Part shown: in pieces, positions 1-13,645 of the stretch
Numbering within the stretch: position 1 is the first letter of the stretch
Layout: each line of letters begins with the position of its first letter
Assembly: GCF_006345805.1 (NCBI RefSeq)
Contig: NC_042997.1
Coordinates: 149,854,001 to 149,918,000 of the forward strand
DNA length: 64,000 bases
Reading direction: 5' to 3'
From: Octopus sinensis
Taxonomy: Eukaryota
Notes under the pieces: model-generated
What the model saw: the letters and a program-made list of their open reading frames with translations, nothing else
The model's database searches: none
Told to the model about the DNA's origin: nothing
Translations under genes and position numbers: made by a program

Positions 1-65
1 TATATTTTGCTTCCTGTGGGCAATAACTAACTAAATAAATAAATATATAAATACACACATATATT

Positions 66-180
66 TATATAAAATATTCTATAATTATATACATAATAAT
101 AATCAGGGGTCAGTACATGGCGAGGTACTTAGAAGACCCCTGATTATAATTATGTATATAATTATAGAATATTTTGTATA
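66..180. repeat. Near-perfect inverted repeat (hairpin): 41-bp arms, 23-nt spacer
   Basis: 71-111 AAAATATTCTATAATTATATACATAATAATAATCAGGGGTC is the reverse complement of 135-175 with one mismatch; the spacer holds an inner AGTAC/GTACT stem. Confidence 0.9.
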
Positions 181-269
181 ATTCACCTAAAAATATTTTT
201 TAACGTACTGACTACTTGGGAAAATTATTAATTATTAATTAATTAATTAATTAATTAATTTTACCCTAT

Positions 270-315
<46 letters not shown>

Positions 316-1489
316 ATGTATGATTTTTGTATAAACATGTATGAGTGGGTGTGTGTGTGTCTGTGTGTAGGTAGGTGTACATGAACGTATATGTGTGTGC
401 AATGGGAAACTGTAAGTAGCAGTTTTTCTTGATATTTTTCTGATTTTTTGTATATTTAATATATTACTCTACCTCTGGTTTTCGAGTACTATTTTCCCCA
501 CCTTATTACATATGTGTGTGCTTACTCTTATATACGTGCGTATGTGTGTGCGTGTGAAACAGAAAATATAATCGGTATTTGTGCTTTATCATGTATACCT
601 GTTAATTACGTGAGCCAAGAGATGTTGATACGAGACACATTGCAGCTGGCCACTTCGTCAGCACTGTTTTGTGTGTGTGTGTGTGGGTGTGTGTGGGTGG
701 GTGGGTGGTGTTATGTCGCTACTTGCTGCTTCTGCTGCTGCTGTCATATCATATGAATGAAAAATACATAATGTTGAATCTTGCATTATTTATTTATTTG
801 TCGAATGAATTAAGGAGAGACGATGATGCCATGAACATTTACATTATCACCATCATGAAATTTAACAGGATTTGTACGACTGCGACGACGATTATGGTGT
901 TGGCGATAATAATGATGATTGACGATGTTGACGACAACGAAGACGACGCCGATGATGATCATGATGGTTGTTACTGCCCGCAAAGCAAAGGTGGCGGAAA
1001 AATTTTGTAACGTTATGAAAGTGCTAATGTTCACTTGATATCCATATTTTACGTTCGGTAACGAACTCCGGATGCTGCATCCGCAAGAAATAAATGAGTG
1101 GCCTCCAGGTGTGTCTGACAAAGCTCTGCTCATTTATTTTAGCGTCGATTTTTGTATGGTTGATGCAACTTCTGGCAAAGAATACTCACAGTTAATGATA
1201 GAATATTGGTACATCTGATATTGGTGGTGGTGGTGGTGGTGGTGGTGGTGGTGAGAATGGTGATGTTGTTGCTGTTGGCGGTGGTGGTAGTAATAGACGG
1301 AATAGCATTAGTAGTGTTTGCGTTGGTGTGGTTATCATGGTGATGTGGATGATTCTGATGATTATAGTGATACTGGTGACAGCGTTGAGATTGTTGCGAT
1401 GCTATTGACGTTAGTAGTGGTGGCAGAAGCCTTGCCATGGCTGTGATTTTGTAGATGGTATCCATGATTGTAATGATTCTTGCAGTGGT

Positions 1490-1640
1490 GGTGGTAGTGG
1501 TCGTCGTGGTGGTGTTGTAGGCGATGATGCTGGTGGAGGTGGTAGTGGTCATCGTCGTGGTGTTATAGGCGATGATGCTGGTGGAGGTGGTAGTGGTCAT
1601 CGTCGTGGTGTTGTAGGTGATGATGCTGGTGGTGGAGGTG
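1490..1640. repeat. 48-bp minisatellite (~3 copies) in a (GGT)n-rich low-complexity tract
   Basis: Unit GGTGGTAGTGGTCATCGTCGTGGTGTTGTAGGCGATGATGCTGGTGGA recurs; the surrounding 1220-2140 is GGT/GAT/GTT-rich. Confidence 0.85.
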
Positions 1641-3342
1641 GTGGTGCATTTAGTACTTACGTTGTTGTTATTGATAGGTGCGATTATGATGTTGATTTCA
1701 AAGGTGATTATGGGGTTGTCGCGGTGGTGGTGGTGGTGGTGGTAGTGGTGATGATGATGGTGGTAGTGTTGGTAGTGGTAGAAATTCTGTTGTTGCGCTG
1801 ATATTCAGGACGAGAGCAATGCAGTTAGTGGTGGTCGTCGTCGTAATGGGGGTAGTGATGATGGTGCTGGTGGTGGTGAAGTTGGTGGTCATGGTCAAGA
1901 TTTTGCTGTAGGTGATATTGAGGAGAGCAATGTTGTTACTGCTGTTGCTGTTGTTGTTGTTGCTGTTGTTGGTAGTTTTTGTGGTGGTGATGGGGGTGAT
2001 GTTGATGTTTGTGGTGATATTGTGGTGATGTTGATGATATGGTGATGGTGGTGGTGGTGGTCGCGGTGAGAGTAGAGTATTAGTAGTGTAGCTGGTGGCG
2101 GTGGTGGTAGTGGTGGCGTTGGTGTTGAGGTGGTGGTCGCGGTAAGGTTAGAACCTTGGTAGCTCTATTAACTAGGTTGGTTTATTCTTGATGTTCTTAT
2201 TGGGAGTGATAGCATAATTGTTCGTAGTGATGCTATTTGCTCTTAATTGAGATATTAATGGAGTTGGTGATATATAAAGTGCTGGTTGTGGTGGTGGTGA
2301 TGGTTATTTTTTTTTATTACTGGTTACAGTCATTAGACTACAGCCAAGCTTGGGCACCACCATATAGTTCTTAGTCAATTATAGTGATCCTAGATTAAAT
2401 GACTTAGTCATATCTTTCAAATTAATTACGTATCATTTATGTATGAATTATGTAATGATTATATAGTATAAGACATAACCATGAAATTTTGAAACAGCAT
2501 TGGGTTGTTTGTTTTCTATTCTTATAAATATTCTGTATTGATCTTTCCTTGTAGCCAAGTTTAACTCGGTAATGCCTTTACTGCTAGGGTGTGGTACTGA
2601 AGCAATAATATGGTGGAATTTAAACATATGTTATAGAACTGAACTTTTAAATTCATTGATGATCTTTTTTTCTTTTTTTTTTTGATATGATTAAGCATCA
2701 CTTCCATGTATTAAAATAAAAATATGTGTATTAGAGCAATGATTTTTCAAATAACACCCTACCGTCTTAAAAATCGGAGAATATGTTATTTAATGAAGTT
2801 GTACAAAATGCTAAAAAGAGTTTGAAGGACACAACCAGTACACTTTTCATTATAAGTCTGCTAAATTAGGGTTAAACTGTGACTAAACAACAGCAACATT
2901 TATAAAACCTCGGAAAGTGATATTTTCGCTGAATCACTTTCGGATGCCACCCGAAAACTAACTATAACAATACCAACAACATTATCACCGCCAACACCAG
3001 GACAGCCACCACCAACATCATTGACTCATAGACTACCAGTTTCAGCACCAGCCTAACCTTTGCAACCACTATCAGTGCAGGGTATGTCTATATGGTGATG
3101 TTTACAACGCAATAAGTGCTTCTAGGTTTGCTCTCATTATAAGATATATTGGGCAAGTACCGATAGGTTTTGTTCTTTAACTAAGTGGATTCGGATTTAG
3201 TACCACCGTGTGGCAGTTTACGCAAATGCTTCTGCTACAACGCGAAAAGGACAAAATTATTGAGAGAATATGGCAGCTATGGAACGTCTGCGTCGTATAT
3301 GTGTGTGTGCGTGTGCGTGAATGTCTGCATATACACTTTTAC

Positions 3343-3552
3343 TCTTTTACTTCTTTCATTCATGTGACTGTGGCCATGTTGGAGCACTGTTTTAGTCGAG
3401 CAAATCGACCCCAGGGCTTATTCTCTGTAAGTCTAGTACTTATTCTATCAGTCTCTTTTGCCGAACCGCTAAGTTACGAGAACGCAAACACACCACCATC
3501 GGTTATCAAGCGATGTTGGGGGAAAAACACAGACACACAAACACATACACAC

Positions 3553-3604
<52 letters not shown>

Positions 3605-4010
3605 AAGGCGAGCTGGCAGAAGCGTTAGCGCGCTGGGCGAAATGCTTAGCAGTATTTCGTCTGTCGTTACGTTCTGAGTTCAAATTCCGTCGAGGTCGAC
3701 TTTGCCTTTCATCCTTTCGGGGTCGATAAATTAAGTACAAGTTACGCACTGGGGTTGATGTAATCAACTTAATCCCTTTGTTTGTTCTCGTTTGTCCCCT
3801 CTATGTTTAGCCCCTTGTGGGCAGTAAAGAAATATATATACATATATACGACGGGCTTCTTTCCGTTTCCGTCTACCAAATCCACTCACAAGGCTTTGAT
3901 CGGCCTGAGGCTATAGTAGAAGACACTTGCCCAAGGTGCCACACAGTGGGACTGAACACGGAACCATGTGGTTCGTAAGCAAGCTGCTTACCACACAGCC
4001 ACTCCTACGC
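3343..4010 (-). mobile_element. tRNA-derived CORE-type SINE (family B), split at its internal microsatellite by a nested SINE
   Basis: Minus-strand head GGAGTGGCTGTGTGGTAAG...GTTCAGTCCC (A/B-box-like) and CORE-like CCTTGGGCAAGTGTCTT at 3846-4010; 3' part at 3343-3545 ends in GTGCTCCAACATGGCC plus a stem-loop tail. Confidence 0.8.
3607..3834 (+). mobile_element. tRNA-derived SINE (family A, GGCGAGCTGGCAGAA head)
   Basis: A-box-like TGGCAGAAGCG, B-box GAGTTCAAATTCC, central CCTTTCATCCTTTCGGGGTCGATAAA; near-identical copy at 6669-6900. Confidence 0.85.
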
Positions 4011-4102
4011 CTATATATATATATATACATACACACACAGGCAAATATATATATACTCACACACATATTTACATATATATATATATATATACTCACATAC
4101 AT

Positions 4103-4181
<79 letters not shown>

Positions 4182-4254
4182 TATGTGTGTGTGTGCGTGT
4201 ATGTGCATAATAGTGGCGTGTTTGTGCGCGTGTATGCGCGTATGTTATGTACAT

Positions 4255-4390
4255 ATGCTTGACAACAGCTGCTGGTTGCTTATGACCTCGTAACCTACTG
4301 GGTCGGCAAAAATATCAGCTAGAATAAATACCAGACTTTAAATGAGTACTGTAGTCGATTCGATGCCCTTTGAGGTGATGTTTCAGCTTG
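4255..4390 (+). mobile_element. Degenerate 3' part of SINE family B
   Basis: GCTTGACAAC..GCTGGT..CGTAACCTA..GGTCGGCAAAA..TAGAATAAATACC resembles the reverse complement of 3400-3515. Confidence 0.55.
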
Positions 4391-5530
4391 GTTGGGAGTC
4401 GTCGTAGAGGTCGTGTTGGTTAGGGAGGCGCTCGTTATAGGAGTCATCGTCATCGACGTCGGGAAGTTGGCGGTGAAGAAGAGGAAATGTTGGCAAGCAG
4501 GTATTTTAAAGAAAATTGTGAACGATGCACTGATGTGGGAGAAAAAGGAAGCGCTGTGGAGAGAAGAGAAGGCTAAGTAGTAATGGAGAAACGAGGAAAT
4601 TTATTATTGAGGAAAGAACATGTAAAAGTATAATGGGAAGGGAAGAGATATATCAGTTAGAGAACTGAGTGTAAGCGAGATAGAAGGTGACAGAGGATGC
4701 TTATGCTGTGTTTGCGGATTGAACAACCGCGCGGATGCTCCAAAGACGGAAATTAGAGAGGAAGGTGGATTTGATAGAGGAGTAAAAAGCAGAATGGAAT
4801 AGAGAAAGGGTTAGGAAAGAGAAGAGTCTACCCAGTAAACACCATAAGTATCATTTCAACGGATGTGCATCGCCTGATACTGACACTGCCGTTGCTAAGA
4901 CGGATGTAAGTTCTGAAGGTAGTAACAGTCATCGATGTTTCTAATGGTGCTGCTTCCAGGCTGTTGCTTTTGTTGTTTAGCCCCAGGTTTGAGCTGATCA
5001 AGTAGATTTATGACGTCACCATTTTGTCTTTTAAATTTCATTCTCTTGTTCTTTTTGTCTATCACAATATAGTAAACTGATATTATACATTCTATCCTTC
5101 ATTTCAACATGCAGCATTCGATTGAAGACAGCTTTGACTGCTCTTTCCATCACATCGGGTGACCAAGTCTGACAGATATCGTTTCACTGGCTCATGGTTT
5201 AACTGATGTTGATGGTGGTGGAGATTATCTAATTGGTACTGGTGATAATAGCCGTTTCACTGGTAATATTTGTAGTCATGGTGATGTCGATTGTAATAGT
5301 GGTGGTGATGGTAGTGCGATTTGTTGTGATCATTGTGGTTGTGAGGACGTTGATGTTGGTCGTAGTCGTGAGGGAAGTGGTAGTAGTATGGGTAATGGTA
5401 ATGATAGTGGTATTAGTTTTAATAGAGATTATGTAGTAGAGCGCAAGCGACTGGTAGTTGTGAGGATAGTATGGCCGTAGAAGTGATTGTCAGTTGTAGC
5501 GGGAGTTATTTTCATGGTTATGAGGATAGT

Positions 5531-5780
5531 GGTCACGTGAGTGGTGTTATGACCTGTAGAGGGCATGATAGTGGTATTGTTAGTGGTGGTCGTGGTCATG
5601 TTAGTGATCTAACGGGTTGTAGTGAAGATGATAGTAGTATTGTTAATGATGGTAGTGGTTATGTTAGTGATGTTACGGCTTGTAGTGGAGATGATAGTGG
5701 TATTGGTAATGGTGGTAGTGGTCATGTTAGTGGTATTACGGCTTGTAGTGGATAAGATAGTGTTAGTGGTAGTAGTGGTA
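5531..5780. repeat. 63-bp diverged minisatellite, ~4 copies
   Basis: Units start at 5531, 5594, 5657 and 5720 (GGTCATGTTAGTG...TGTAGTGGAGATGATAGTGGTATTG). Confidence 0.85.
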
Positions 5781-6668
5781 GTGATGGTAGTTGTCTTGTT
5801 ATTGGTATTACGGCTTGTAGTGGAGAAGAAGAATCATTTCTATGATAGTCATGCAATAGTAAATAAAGCAAACCTAAACAGCAGTCACAGTCAAAACTAC
5901 ATTTATAGTATACATGACGACTACAAAGTACGATATAATCGTATTTCTTTAATACATTTAGTGGTATTTGTTACAATTGTTATCAGTATAAATGGTACAT
6001 AAAATACATGTCTATAGCAGATACAATTATATGGCTCTCATAAAATACAATGCTAATTGTAAATGAATAGCATGTTAGGTATAATTTATTGCGGCAGTGA
6101 ATAGTAGAATAACAAGGGAATATATATTAGTATAGTTGTTGTAGATGTTGTTTAACAGTAAGTCAACGCTGTGTGAGGAGACGTGTAATGATTAACATAT
6201 GAGACGTTTCCATCTCGTCTTTTTTAGAGGTATATATAAAACTAGACCATCCAGTTGTCATTTCTTTCATGAAAGCGCACACATGGATTTGAAGGTTATT
6301 TGGCTGCTTTTCACAGCAAATCAAGCAAACATATAGAGGCCACCTTCTTTGTTGTCGATGAGTCTTGTCTTGCCTCAGATCAATTCCCATCCGGTATCAC
6401 CGAGGAAAAAATTGTCAAGCATCACGGCACAATCTCTTTTTCAAACGAGGTGTTTCTAATACTACATTATTGAATGTATCTTCCCAGATTTTAACATAAT
6501 GGCTTAGGGTTAACGTGAGGGATTATTGTTTGCTATGTCTAGCGAATCAGGTGACCACATAATGGCTGACACCGATGATTTAATGGCAAACTTATTATGT
6601 AAAGCACTGCTAGTTATTGTTCATCATGAGCTGCAGACAATGTGTGGCAATATCGGTCCTTTTGCCAA

Positions 6669-7040
6669 GGCAGCGAGTTGGCAGAAACGTTAGCACGCCG
6701 GGCGAAATGCGTAGCAGTATTTCGTCTGTCGTTACGTTCTGAGTTCAAATTCGGCCGCGGTAGACTTTGCCTTTCATCCTTTCGAGGTCGATTAAATAAG
6801 TACCAGTTACGCACTGAGGTCGATATAATCGACTTAATCCGTTTATCTGTCCTTGTTTGTCCCTTCTGTGTTTAGCCCCTTGTGGGTAGTAAAGAAACAG
6901 GTATTTCGTCTGCCGCTACGTTCAGAGTTCAAATTTCGCCGAGGTCGAGTTTGCCTTTCATCCTTTCCGAGTCGATATATTAAATACCAGTTGCATACTG
7001 GGGGTTAATTTCGGGCTTTGTGCCTAGAGTAGAAAAGAAT
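6669..7040 (+). mobile_element. SINE family A: full copy (6669-6900) followed directly by a 5'-truncated copy (6901-7040)
   Basis: Aligns by eye to 3607-3834; the second copy restarts at GTATTTCGTCTG...GAGTTCAAATT. Confidence 0.85.
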
Positions 7041-7309
7041 ATTGATCCTTTCATTAACCAGAAAAATTTACACGATGGATTTTACACACTTTCCTCATAG
7101 TTTCTCTCGAAAGATTCTTTATGATACCACGCAGAAGAATCAGGCGTGCACTTCGTTTATGAAAAAGCAATATTCTAAAAGATTTGATCATACCGCGACC
7201 ATATATGCATGTATGTTTCTGAGCACATTGTTATGTACACACACACTCGTTCATGTTCTCATACAATCACGCAGAAACACTAGTATGAGTGTGAACATGT
7301 ATATATGTT

Positions 7310-7633
7310 GCTGAAACTCCCTTCGGTCATGACTAACCATGGGATTGCACCTAGGAAGGTACCCTCCCAGGCACAAGTCCGGGCAAGGTTGTTTTATGGA
7401 AGACCAGCAGTCGCCCATGCATACCGGCCTCCCCTCTCCACGCCAGCAGTGTTATCCAAGGGAAAAGCAAAAGCCGATACAGCTTGGCATCTGTGCCGTA
7501 CAGCTAAGTGAACTGGAGCAACGTTAAATAAAGTGTCTTGCTCAAGAACGCAACACGCAGCCCATTCCGGGATTCGAACTCACGACCTCGCAATTATAAG
7601 CTCGATGCTCTAACCACTGAGCCATTCCCCTTC
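7310..7633 (-). mobile_element. tRNA-derived CORE-type SINE (family C)
   Basis: Minus head TGGCTCAGTGGTTAGAGC...GAGTTCGAATCCC, CORE-like TTCTTGAGCAAGACACTT; tail shared with 22735-22915. Confidence 0.8.
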
Positions 7634-7958
7634 ACCTATATATGTATATATGTATATACATATATGTGGATATATGTATATATTTATATACATATTTAAT
7701 TTATATACATACATAAATATATGTATGAGCTCGCGTGTGTATTTGCATCCATGAATTTGTGTATGTATAATCATTCATAATGTAAATAAAAATAGAAGTA
7801 CGCACATTCATGAGTGTAGAGGCACATACAGGATTCCATACATGTGTTCATACAATTAAAGTACATAGCACCTGTATACATATATTCATCCACACATAGA
7901 TATGGCCTCACAGATATATATGCATAACTCTCTCTCACTCTCTCCGTACACATGCATA

Positions 7959-7997
<39 letters not shown>

Positions 7998-8624
7998 TCA
8001 TATGAATGTATATGTATGTATATCAATACACACATACACATGTATATACAAACACATATATACATATGAGTGTATCGCATACCTTAATACATACATCCAT
8101 CCATTCATACATACAAACAAACATACATGCGTACATACATACAAGATGAGGTATTAAAATATTATCTGTTTGACATGGTGTTGAAACGAAAAGTCAAGTC
8201 TTGACTTTTCACATTTTTTTTTTACCTTCTCTCTTCGGTTTGCTTTCATTTTTCTCATTTCTTTCTCCTTCACTTGAGTACCAAGCAGTACCATACGGCT
8301 TGTCTTAAAAGGTCACTCTCTTGCTGGTTTGCCATTTCATTCAGGAGTGAAAATATTACTTACTTCCACAAACATTTCACTTCTTTCGTTTATTCAAGGG
8401 TTTTTAGTGGGTCTTTATCGAACCCAGTACTCATATCAGCCTGGTACTTATTTTATAAATATTTATTTATAGAAAGGCTAATGGATATTTTTTTTCACAA
8501 CAGGAGACAGAACTAGGTACACAAGATTGTAGCGGTATCCAGAGGGGGCAAAAATCACACCCACACACGCACACGTACACACTCATATACACGCATACAC
8601 AGATATGTAGGCAGGTACGTAGAT

Positions 8625-8820
<196 letters not shown>

Positions 8821-10028
8821 AAGTGTGTTGGTAGATAAGTAAGTACGTAAGTAGATATACAGGTACGTCGATAGATAGACAGACAAACTGACAGACAAAC
8901 AAACAGACGACATACATGTGCAAAATTTCCTCTCCACAAATTTGACTCAAATGCAAATTGGTTAGTCGAGTCGATTAAATCTATCCCGGTACTTCACTGG
9001 TACTTTGTCTTATTGTCCCAAAAGTGATGAACCGGACATTTGTAATCTGTGCCATTTCCACTTTCTGTTCTGAGTTCAAATTCTTTAGAAGTTGATAAAA
9101 TGAAGTATCGAACACTCGCTCATTGCAAAATTTTTGGACTTTTGCTTATTTCAGAAATTTTGTCAGTTATGTTTAAATGAACTTCAGCTCGAAACATCTT
9201 TCGGGTTCGGAGAAGATATTCTCTGCTTATTTATCGTAAGATACAGTAAAATAACCCCTACTCTTAGCTACTCTCATAACCCCCTCTATTGTGGTATCCG
9301 AGACTTCCTCGTTTCTCTTCATCTTAACATCCTTGTTGTCCCCACACTCGTTCAAACATCACCAAGCCACTACAATCAGTCCATACTCTCTTGATGGCTT
9401 TCTACAGTTCACTTCCTACTCATGTCTTTACCAAAAATTTTAACCCACAGAAATTCAATAGAAACAATAAAACATCATTCTCTACTGTGTGTAAGCTTTC
9501 GCGAAGACCATGCCTACTGCCCCTTCCTCAAAAACCTAACAAGCTAAAGAAGTGACCGCAGATAGTTAGAAATGCTAAAATTTGTTTTTCATCCTTCAGC
9601 AATTGATGTTTTTGAATATACACATTAACCAATTGCCATTGTTATCATTGTGCCATCGTTGGAAACCAAAACACAGTATTTTGTTCTAGCTGTTGATATA
9701 GTATTCCTTGAGTAAGTTCATGCTCAAAGGCGTGGTAGTGGTCACCATAAATTTTAGTAAGCGTTTACAAAATTAAATTGTGTTTGGTGTTCATCTTTTT
9801 AAGACGCAGAGATGTAACTTGATTTCGCTAATATTTCTTGCAAGTCGTATGATCTCTTACAGACTATGTAAATCGTTGATTCATTTTCTGCTTCTTTTTC
9901 TTGTTATTGGTGAAGTTTTTAGCGTCAGATCAACCTTCAATGGACTAGCATACGATCAAATAGTTTATAGCCAAATTATCTAATATGGCTTTCCTATCTC
10001 TCTGTCTCAGTTCACACACAGACACACA

Positions 10029-10089
<61 letters not shown>

Positions 10090-11076
10090 TACTTTTTAAG
10101 ATGGTGTTAGATAGCTAGTTCTCATAGATCGAGTGACTAAGTAGGCGCTGCTTTATCGATATCATTCCCACGCAATGGCAATAGGGAAGACAGTGAAAAG
10201 ACTTGTAATGCAGGGAGTAATATAAAAGGTTTCACTATAAATACATATACAAGCAGTGAAAGGAAAAAAAGTGATTGAGATAGAATTTCTAGACGAGGAA
10301 AATATTTGAACAACAAATCTCAATATTGGAGGCCAGCAAAAGCTGCTTACATGTTTATAAATGAGATTTTAGTATAATTTGTATGTCTGTACTGTCCCTT
10401 TGTGTTTGAATGGGTTTCTGTTTGAGTGATCAAATAATTAATTGAATTTATCACATGGAATAAAGACAAAAATTAAAAATCGTTATTAATATTCTAATGT
10501 AAGAAATTAATGAGATAATATAACGGTGTCTCACTTCTTTTCATTGGTAAAACATTATCAGTGCTGATGTCATAAATAGTGAGTATAATGAGATGTATCA
10601 GGCCATGCTGCTAACGTATATATTTTTCAAGGAACATATATACTGATACAAACGTTACTTGAAATTTATTCGAGAGTCCGTCTTAATATAAACATCGAAG
10701 TAATAGCAGTCTAATGTATTACCTGAACCATCACCCAAAAGGGAAGAACTCGCATTAGCATAGAAGTATCTTATCAGTCCCGTTAAGTCTAATGTATATT
10801 TATGTGTGTGAAAGTGTCTAAGTGGACATCGAAATGTAGCGTGGCCCATAATACGATATCGTCTTATAAATACATGCACGCACACGCACACACACACACA
10901 CACACATACACACACACACATGAACATATATATATATATATGCATGTATATATGTAATCACAATTTTATATATGTGTGTATATATATACATACATATAAA
11001 TGTATGATTGTGTACACATACTTGTATGTATATAGGTGTGTGTGTATGAAAATATGTATATACGTATATCTATCTA

Positions 11077-11165
<89 letters not shown>

Positions 11166-12699
11166 GCGTGTATGTGTGTGTGTGTGTGTGTGTATAAGTC
11201 AAGTTTACATTGTATCCTTCTGAGTTCGATAAATTAATGTACCAGCTAAGCGATGGACCCGAATGACCCTCTTGAAATTCATCTTAGACCTCTATAGTAT
11301 TATAATACAAGGCAAGGATACACACTTGGTTCAGGGTTTTCCAACGGCATAAGTTGGGAAAATTAATAATGTCGGAAAATTATTGCATTCTTCAGGCTGG
11401 AAGATAGAGTCGTTTACTCTCCGATTCATTTATAATATCGCACACAATATTATATCAATCCCGGATACGTTAACTGCTTGTGTGTTTCAATATAAAGATG
11501 CCCAAATTTGTTTCCATGACGTGATGTACGAAAATATAGTTGCGGTTAATATATTTTATATAATAAATTAAATATTTCCTCCCTAGAATTTTCTACAGTC
11601 GCAACTATATCAAACCTGAGTTTAAGGGAGATGGTCTGTGATCTTGTATACCTTTTACATATAGTAGCAATCAAATGTCCTTAACATCACATTTGTTTAT
11701 CTTAAAATATATAATGAATGTATTTGATAACGTAGATCGCTTTCTATAACTTAGTTCTGAAACCTGAATCGTAATCTTCATTACTGGAATAGTTTTAATA
11801 ATAAAATCTTCTCTGTCAGAGTTAACCTGGGGCTGAATAAAAACTGACAACAACAAAAGAGGCAATCAACATGTGTAGCAACAACGACAGCTGTAATCCT
11901 TATGTGTCGATAGTTGACAAAGTTGAGAGGAACAAGAACAACATTGTTAAGAACAAGGAAAACAATGAAGATTATGTTGAGAGGAGAGAAAGCAAATCTC
12001 ATAAAGATTCGTATAATCAAAATTCAAAACAGCAAGTAAACTGAGAAAAAAAAAGAACAATCAAAAACACAAATACAACTTAATGTCAATAGCTGCAGCA
12101 AATACGTAAATGGCAGTATCATGAATAACAATATCAACAGCAACCATATTAACATTAGCAACAGCAGCAGAACCAATACCAGCCAGGAAAAGGATGTCAA
12201 TAATGGCTTCTATGACAACTCCGAAAACACAACAGCAAAACTAACAACAACAGCAATAACGATACGTTTTTTGTTTTCTCTTTCCATATTTGTCGCAAGA
12301 CGTCTTACATGCAACAAACGCTGAATCGTGGGAATTAAAACATATGATGTGGGGATAGGCAAGACGAAATTATATAAACCTGAAAAGATATCTGAAGACT
12401 ATATAATGAAAATTTTAAAAAATTATGTAAGAAACAGAAAAAACATGAATTTATGTAAAATACATACTAATTAATTCAAACTAGTTTCATTAAACATGCA
12501 GAAAAACGTGGAGGGTATTTTTTTCATGAAACAGGAACAAGAACCCTCTCACTAGATTAGTGCCAGACACCCCTTGACTCAACTTCTCTAGTGTCAAAAC
12601 GGGCAATAAATCCTTCACACTCTGCTCTAAATTGCTCAGTGTTGGTACGTAAACTGGCTTCTGGTCTGTACTGACAGACTGTCACTTGGGTGTGTGGGT

Positions 12700-12960
12700 A
12701 TATGAACAAGTAGTTATTGTGTTGCACCCACGAACGCGAGGTCGTAGTTTCAATTCATGGAGCAGCTAGTGCGTTGTGTTTTTGAGCAAAACACTTCATC
12801 TTACGCTGCTTTGTGATTACTTCGACATCTGATGTGTAGTAAACCATGCATATATTCAGGCAACGTCAATTATTTGGAGCGTGTGTGTTAATGTACAGTA
12901 CAAATATTTAACAATATTTCTCGGACTACAAGAGATTGCCATCATCAACTGGGTACTCAG
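12700..12960 (+). mobile_element. Old degenerate CORE-type SINE
   Basis: GAGGTCGTAGTTTCAATTC and GCGTTGTGTTTTTGAGCAAAACACTT resemble the family C head and CORE segment. Confidence 0.5.
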
Positions 12961-13598
12961 ACGAAATGAAAATTTGCCCCAATTTTTGTCAGATCTGTGG
13001 AGTACGTCGTGTATCATCTGATCTCATGTGTAGGGTTCACCTGGTTAAGCCAATCGTGATGAGAGTTCTCCGCATTTTAGTTTGGGTAACTGCAGGCAGC
13101 TTTCCGTTGTTTAGTGCAACAGAGTAACAAGTTAAACGATGGATACGACTGAAAACCAAACGCAGACATTTTCCGTTTCGGCTATACTCTCATCAATTTT
13201 TTTCATGTTTTACTTGGAAAAGTAGATGAAGGTAGAAAGAGAGGTCCTGTTCCAGTAAACTTGTAGTCAGTTGTGTAAGGGTAGCGCACTTCGTGAGATT
13301 AATCGGGCCATCTTCGAATTTCATTTTGTAAGCCGGTAGAAAATGGGTGAGAGAAGGCAAAAACATTTGACAGCTAGGGTCATCGAGTGCTGTACGTTTT
13401 CCTTGATTGGCCCCCAGCAGTTTTCCTCCTTTTTTTCAGAATTAATCTTGTTTGGAATTTCTTCTTATCTGTCATTTTTGTTATAATTTCATTTTATACG
13501 GCTTATGTAACCCCTCACAATGCTTCTTTTTTTTTTTGCATTTTTGGCACTTTGTTATAGCCTTTGTTCTTCATAGAGCCATTGTGGCGGTTAACAAA

Positions 13599-13645
<47 letters not shown>

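Noticed and set aside
1039-1218. Short open frame in complex sequence (FTFGNELRMLHPQEINEWPPG...)
   Set aside because: No recognisable homology or convincing splice sites; the length is compatible with chance
1139-1600. Mucin-like Thr-rich ORF on the minus strand
   Set aside because: Explained by (GGT)n low complexity and a 48-bp minisatellite; no signal peptide or splice support
7560-7633. tRNA-like sequences (also 3607, 3940-4010, 6669, 63048-63074)
   Set aside because: A/B boxes are present but cloverleaves are incomplete and run into SINE bodies; these are SINE heads, not tRNA genes
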